62,903 bases of DNA, from the NCBI GenBank assembly GCA_030429865.1, contig JAUIFX010000002.1, forward strand, positions 1 through 62,903, given 5' to 3'. Origin of the DNA: Gammaproteobacteria bacterium. GTDB taxonomy: Bacteria > Pseudomonadota > Gammaproteobacteria > Ga0077536. The position numbers were made by a program, and so were the translations under genes. This document shows, one piece after another, positions 58,601 to 62,903 of the stretch. Below the pieces are notes generated by a model that saw only the letters and a list, made by a program, of their open reading frames with translations, did not search any database and had not been told where the DNA came from. Position 1 is the stretch's first letter. Each line of letters opens with the position of its first letter.

Positions 58601-59284
58601 GTCGCCGGCACGGCCCGCGACCGCCGCGGAAAGCGCGATGGTGTGACGGAACGCCACGCAGGCCTCGGCGACGATGCCGTCGTGATCAGAACGCTTCGCG
58701 GCATGCGCGATCGCCGCGCGCAACGCATCGGTCAAGGTGGGCGACACCGGGGAAGCCGTATCGGTCGGCACGCGCTCGGGAAAATCGAAATAGGCCAGGG
58801 CCTCGCGCGGTACGTCGAATCGTTCTCGCACCAGGCGCCGCAGGATGCGGCCACCGGAAAGGTCGCCGAGATAGCGCGCATAGACATGCGCCAGAAGTAA
58901 CGGGGGATGAGTAGCAGCGAGGGTCGCCAGATGCGCCGCGTAGTCCGCCGCCGGGGCCACGAGCGGCAGGTCCTCGCGCCAGTTCGGACCGGCGAGGCGG
59001 CCGAGGTCGCGCGTGAGGGCCGGGCCGCGGCGCAGCACGCCGCCATCGAATGGCGCCAGGATGGGACGCGCCTCGAGACCCAGCTCGAGGGCCGCATAGA
59101 CCGGGACCAGATTGCGCAGCAGCAGCAGGTAACCGTCGCGTGTAGCCCGTCCCGCGATCAGCGCACCGTAGATACCGCCCCGTTCCGCCTCGGTGTGCAG
59201 ATCGCGCGTCGCCGCGCGCAGCCGCGCGAGCAGGGACACCGGCGCTACCGGGTCAAGCGCCTGGTTCCGGATGACCTCGTCCAT
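58586..59284 (-). CDS. bphO: heme oxygenase (biliverdin-producing, BphO-like)
   Basis: LLARLRAATRDLHTEAE, YLLLLRNLVPVY, HVYARYLGDLSGG. Confidence 0.85.
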   Translation of the reverse strand: MDEVIRNQALDPVAPVSLLARLRAATRDLHTEAERGGIYGALIAGRATRDGYLLLLRNLVPVYAALELGLEARPILAPFDGGVLRRGPALTRDLGRLAGPNWREDLPLVAPAADYAAHLATLAATHPPLLLAHVYARYLGDLSGGRILRRLVRERFDVPREALAYFDFPERVPTDTASPVSPTLTDALRAAIAHAAKRSDHDGIVAEACVAFRHTIALSAAVAGRAGDSASR

Positions 59285-60554
59285 TCGTGCATGATACGTG
59301 ACCGTCCGGCTCCTGCGGGGCGCGGCGGGAACGGCGTTCCGGTCGCCGATCGAGACCGTAGGGAGCGACCAGTGACCACACGTGTGGCGGTATCAGGTGA
59401 CGCATCAGGCGCGGTCGCTGGCGGGCAAGATGCAGGACGGTCTCCGCCGCCTTCATTTCGACGCGGGCGCGCGCGAACTCGAGGCCGCGCGGTCCCACCC
59501 GCGGCATCAGGAAACCGAGCAAGGGCCGCAGCCAGCGCGGAGTGCGCCGCAGGGGCAGCCCGCCCGCGGCCCGCTCGAGGTTGGCAACGAAGCCCCGCAC
59601 CGCACTGGCGCGCCGCCCACCGCTGCCCGGCGCGGCCAGGCGCACTTCGCCGGTAAGCTGGTCGAGCAGCATCTCGCCCCGCGCATTGCGCACGATCAGC
59701 CACTGCTCGCCGTCACCGCCCATGTAACCGACGGTGATGTCGGCGAGCGCGTTGGTGTAGTCGACGCAGGTCCGGCAGGTGAGCGGAAAGAAATCCGCCG
59801 GCAGGTCCGCAATTGGCAGGGAAAGAAACGGGATCGCCTTGCGCCGACCGTCGTCGAAACGCAGTTCGACGTGGTAGTCGGTGCGGAACTCGAGATAGTT
59901 GATGGATTCGGGCTGGTCGCTGAGCAAGGCGAGGAAGTCGTGGAAGCGGTCCGTCGTCGTGTTATCCGAACAGGGCGTGCCGATCACGTAGAGGGCGTCG
60001 AAATCGAGTTCGGTTTCGAGCGCACGCAAGGCATGGACCTGGCACGGAATCCCGATGATCGCGAGTCGGCGCAGCCCGCGCTCACGCGCGGGCTCGAGAA
60101 GTGCGAGCAGCGGCGCGAACCCCATGCGCATGCCGCGGCACTTCGCGAGTTCGGCAGGGTCGGTGACGAGCACCGGCACCGGCTTCCAGCGGTCTTCCGG
60201 ATCCGGAGCGACGGTCAGCACCGCGTCGACGGTACCCGTCTCGAGCAGGCGCTCGGCGAGACGCGTGGTGATACCCGACCATTGCGCGCCCGCTCTCGGC
60301 GCGACGAGGCTAGCGCGAAGCAGGCGCCGAAACGGTCCGAAGAAACGCTCGTCGGAGCGATCGGCGGCACGCGAACGCCCATGCACGCGCTCTTCGAGCG
60401 CCGCGTGGTCGGGCCGGATGAACTGGCAGGCCTGCGCGCAGCGTGACGGCTTCGAAGTCCGCGAGATGCCGCAATCCGTACACAGCGTGCGCGGTGCGGC
60501 GTCGGCCAGCGGCGGCAGCGCAACACCGGGCAGCCGCGCACCCGAAGCCGGCAT
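59253..60554 (-). CDS. F420 hydrogenase/dehydrogenase beta-subunit (FrhB) family protein, possibly a BciB-type 8-vinyl reductase
   Basis: 433 aa. CTDCGISR...C..ACQF, LAIIGIPCQVHALR, VIGTPCSDN and CRTCVDYTNALADITVGYMG are FrhB/BciB-like. Starts 7 nt after pufC. Confidence 0.6.
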   Translation of the reverse strand: MPASGARLPGVALPPLADAAPRTLCTDCGISRTSKPSRCAQACQFIRPDHAALEERVHGRSRAADRSDERFFGPFRRLLRASLVAPRAGAQWSGITTRLAERLLETGTVDAVLTVAPDPEDRWKPVPVLVTDPAELAKCRGMRMGFAPLLALLEPARERGLRRLAIIGIPCQVHALRALETELDFDALYVIGTPCSDNTTTDRFHDFLALLSDQPESINYLEFRTDYHVELRFDDGRRKAIPFLSLPIADLPADFFPLTCRTCVDYTNALADITVGYMGGDGEQWLIVRNARGEMLLDQLTGEVRLAAPGSGGRRASAVRGFVANLERAAGGLPLRRTPRWLRPLLGFLMPRVGPRGLEFARARVEMKAAETVLHLARQRPRLMRHLIPPHVWSLVAPYGLDRRPERRSRRAPQEPDGHVSCTNGRGHPEPGA

Positions 60555-60561
60555 GATCCGG

Positions 60562-61557
60562 TCAGTCGCCTTGCAGGGCCGGGAACTCGGCGATCACGCT
60601 GGCCCCGCCCATCGGCTTGGGCAGGCCCTGGTGGCAGGTCCCGCAGTTGACCTTGGGCGCGTCGCCTTCCGGGCCGAGACGGTGCTCGGGGAGGACTTCG
60701 GCGAGCGGCGAGACATAATCGCCGTTGAGTGCCCGGACCATCTGAATGCCGTGCCAGGCCGTCACGCGGGTCGGCGGACTTTCGTCCCAGTTGTAGAACG
60801 CCCGCGTGTTGTGACAATAGGTGCAGTTGACGTCGAGTGCCTCCGAGAGATGCATCATCAACGCGTATGTCGCCTCGGTGTCCTTGATGTTCCGGGTGTT
60901 GCCGCGCGGCAAGGCCGAGTTCGTCGCCACGCGGATCGCGGCCTCGCCGTCGAGCATGTCGGTGAACGGGTCGACCGGCAACGATGCATACTGCGGCACC
61001 GGCGAAGGTGCGTTCTGCCCGGCCCGGTTACCCGCGAACACGCCCGCTTCCTCGACATTGGAGAACCAGGTCGTTGCAGGCACGTTCTCGCCGCGGTGGC
61101 AGGTGAAGCAGGTCACCCCGGTTTCGCCGACATGGGCGTGTCCACCGCTGTTGATGAAGCGTGTCATTTCGATCATGCGCCGCGCGACCACCTTCGTATA
61201 GAGTGCGTCGCTCGCCATGTCTGCGCCTTCATGGCAGTAGGCGCAACCCTGGTCCGGGGCAACCCAGGTCGTCAGCGCGGTCATGAGGCGGGTGAATGAC
61301 GCAATGTCGAGATCGCCGAGCAGCTGCACGTTCTGGTAGATATCGCCGGCTTTGGGTCCGCCGCCGGGCGCCGCCGGCGGCAACGCCGGCATCGCGGTGT
61401 CGGTCATGATCTTGTCGACCACCTTCATGTTGTCGACCTGCACCATGCCGGTCCCGCGAAAGCCCTGCTGGACGGACTCGGGCGGCGGGGCCTCGCAGCC
61501 GCTCAAGGCCAGTGCCACGCCCAGGCCCACGATGACATGTGCTTGCAGGAATCTCAT
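60562..61557 (-). CDS. pufC: photosynthetic reaction-centre tetraheme cytochrome subunit
   Basis: Four CxxCH motifs (CAYCH, CFTCH, CTYCH, CGTCH). Lipobox LALSGC. The ATG overlaps the pufM stop (ATGA). Confidence 0.9.
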   Translation of the reverse strand: MRFLQAHVIVGLGVALALSGCEAPPPESVQQGFRGTGMVQVDNMKVVDKIMTDTAMPALPPAAPGGGPKAGDIYQNVQLLGDLDIASFTRLMTALTTWVAPDQGCAYCHEGADMASDALYTKVVARRMIEMTRFINSGGHAHVGETGVTCFTCHRGENVPATTWFSNVEEAGVFAGNRAGQNAPSPVPQYASLPVDPFTDMLDGEAAIRVATNSALPRGNTRNIKDTEATYALMMHLSEALDVNCTYCHNTRAFYNWDESPPTRVTAWHGIQMVRALNGDYVSPLAEVLPEHRLGPEGDAPKVNCGTCHQGLPKPMGGASVIAEFPALQGD

Positions 61558-62528
61558 GGCGCACCTCCGGCCGGGTCGGTGACGGCCGGAAAGACGTCGG
61601 GATAGGCTGGCGCCACCCCGTGCTTGACCGACCACAGGAACCAGTTGTCGACCGCGGTACCCGTCAGCAGGATGCCGATACCGCCGGTCAGCGGGCACAG
61701 CACCGCGAACCACCACGCCCACCGATGGATGGACTCCATCGTTGCGTTGAAGCCCATCGTCCAGCGCCAGAACAACGCCGCCCGCTCGGACGCCGTGCCG
61801 CGGTCGACCACTTGTTCGATCTCGCGTTCTCCACCGTAGCGGCTGACCGCGAGAATGGTCGCCCCGTGCATCGCGAAAAGCAGCGTCGACCCGTAGAGAA
61901 ACGCGATCGACAACATGTGGAACGGGTTGTAGAAGAGATTGCCGTACCTGATCGAGAACGCGGCCGTCCAATCCAGGTGCGGGAAGATTCCGAAGGGTAC
62001 GGCTTCCGACCAGCTGCCCATGAGCAGCGGACGAATGAAACCGAGCACGAGATAGAGCCAGATCGCCGCCGCGAAGGCCCACGCCACGTGCGTGCCCATG
62101 CCCAGCGCGCGAGCCCGGGTGTACACGCGGACCCACCAAAGCACGATGGAGGCGGTGAGGAAGAAGCCGGCGATCAGCCACCAACCGCCGTCGTTCAGTG
62201 GAGGGAACAAGCTGATCCCGTATTCCGCTCCCGGAGGCTCCAGCGCCAGCCATGGCAGCTGGCGTACGAATTCGACCGGACTCCAGTCGACCGAGGCCCA
62301 CATGTTGAGTCCGATGATTTCGATCGCGATGAAGCCGCACAGCAACGAGGCGATACCGGTCGTGCCGAGATGGATCGGCCCGATCTGGGCATCACCGAGC
62401 TTCCCCAGCCAGTAGGAGAAGAACGGCCGGCCTGCGCGCGGCCACAGTTCGTGTTGCTCAGATGGCACGCCGTCGTAGGGCGGCGCATGCACCTGAACGC
62501 GAGTGAAGATGTTCTGATATCCAGCCAT
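61554..62528 (-). CDS. pufM: photosynthetic reaction-centre M subunit
   Basis: [13 protein letters not shown]..., [43 protein letters not shown]. Confidence 0.95.
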   Translation of the reverse strand: MAGYQNIFTRVQVHAPPYDGVPSEQHELWPRAGRPFFSYWLGKLGDAQIGPIHLGTTGIASLLCGFIAIEIIGLNMWASVDWSPVEFVRQLPWLALEPPGAEYGISLFPPLNDGGWWLIAGFFLTASIVLWWVRVYTRARALGMGTHVAWAFAAAIWLYLVLGFIRPLLMGSWSEAVPFGIFPHLDWTAAFSIRYGNLFYNPFHMLSIAFLYGSTLLFAMHGATILAVSRYGGEREIEQVVDRGTASERAALFWRWTMGFNATMESIHRWAWWFAVLCPLTGGIGILLTGTAVDNWFLWSVKHGVAPAYPDVFPAVTDPAGGAP

Positions 62529-62542
62529 GGCTTAGTCGCCTC

Positions 62543-62903
62543 CTACCACACCGGCAAGTTGAGCCACCAGGTCCACCATTCCGGCCAGCCCCGGGTCCAG
62601 AAGGGTCCGCTGATGACGATGCACACCGCGCTCCAGAAGCCCGCCGAGAGCGCCAGGAAGAGCCCCAGGCGATGGATTCCGAGGGTTCCTATCGAATAGC
62701 CGATGGTGTCGCGGAAGAAGGTGTTCTCGTGTTCGACGGTCTTCACCGCCTCGCCCTTGCGCGGGTTGGTTGCCGACAGGATCAGGGATCCGTGCAGTGA
62801 CAGCGCAAAGGTCGTTGTGAAGAAGAAACTGACCGCGAGCATGTGCGCGGGGTTGTAATGGAAGTGAAGGTACTGGTACCCGACATTGGAGACCCAGTCG
62901 AGA
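62543..62903 (-). CDS. pufL: photosynthetic reaction-centre L subunit, 5'-truncated by the window edge
   Basis: The frame is open to the window end: ...[44 protein letters not shown]...[18 protein letters not shown] before pufM, 14 nt downstream. Confidence 0.95.
   Translation of the reverse strand, partial: LDWVSNVGYQYLHFHYNPAHMLAVSFFFTTTFALSLHGSLILSATNPRKGEAVKTVEHENTFFRDTIGYSIGTLGIHRLGLFLALSAGFWSAVCIVISGPFWTRGWPEWWTWWLNLPVW

Overview
Very GC-rich, gene-dense bacterial chromosomal segment with about 60 CDS and one tRNA. I saw no rRNA, transposase, integrase, phage genes or CRISPR array. Many neighbouring genes overlap by 1-8 nt (ATGA, GTGA or TGATG junctions). The ORF track is full of long antisense ORFs that are GC artefacts. 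(1) 0.1-25.5 kb is housekeeping: HIT, Nudix, tesA-ybbA-ybbP, hemH, a CULT (cereblon-like)-nitroreductase-YjbQ trio, and slt. It continues with a block in E. coli-like order: cca, uppP, folK-folB, plsY, tsaD, rpsU, yqeY, dnaG, rpoD, tRNA-Ile2(CAU). A cyclase-FHA gene, an exported msrA, a MidA methyltransferase and an SDR are inserted in that block. (2) 25.6-51.6 kb is accessory metabolism: a LysR regulator, a coupled ChaC/DUF429-like pair, ugpQ-glpK-glpD, an MBL hydrolase, an HD hydrolase and an RND pump. A seven-gene protocatechuate/4-hydroxybenzoate operon (pcaIJ-pcaHG-pobA-pcaB-pcaC) is preceded by an AT-rich leader carrying three perfect palindromes spaced 47 bp apart. This part ends with gabD, an MFS transporter and an Nramp-like transporter. 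(3) 51.6-62.9 kb is the edge of a photosynthesis gene cluster. On the plus strand lie a divergent glutamyl-tRNA-reductase paralogue coupled to a histidine kinase and an OmpR-type regulator, then ppsR overlapping a kinase-less bacteriophytochrome. These face a minus-strand operon pufL(partial)-pufM-pufC-(BciB-like)-heme oxygenase. The most interesting candidate is this compact light/tetrapyrrole control module. O2-dependent aromatic catabolism (pcaHG, pobA) in the same window suggests an aerobic anoxygenic phototroph with gammaproteobacterial-type housekeeping synteny.
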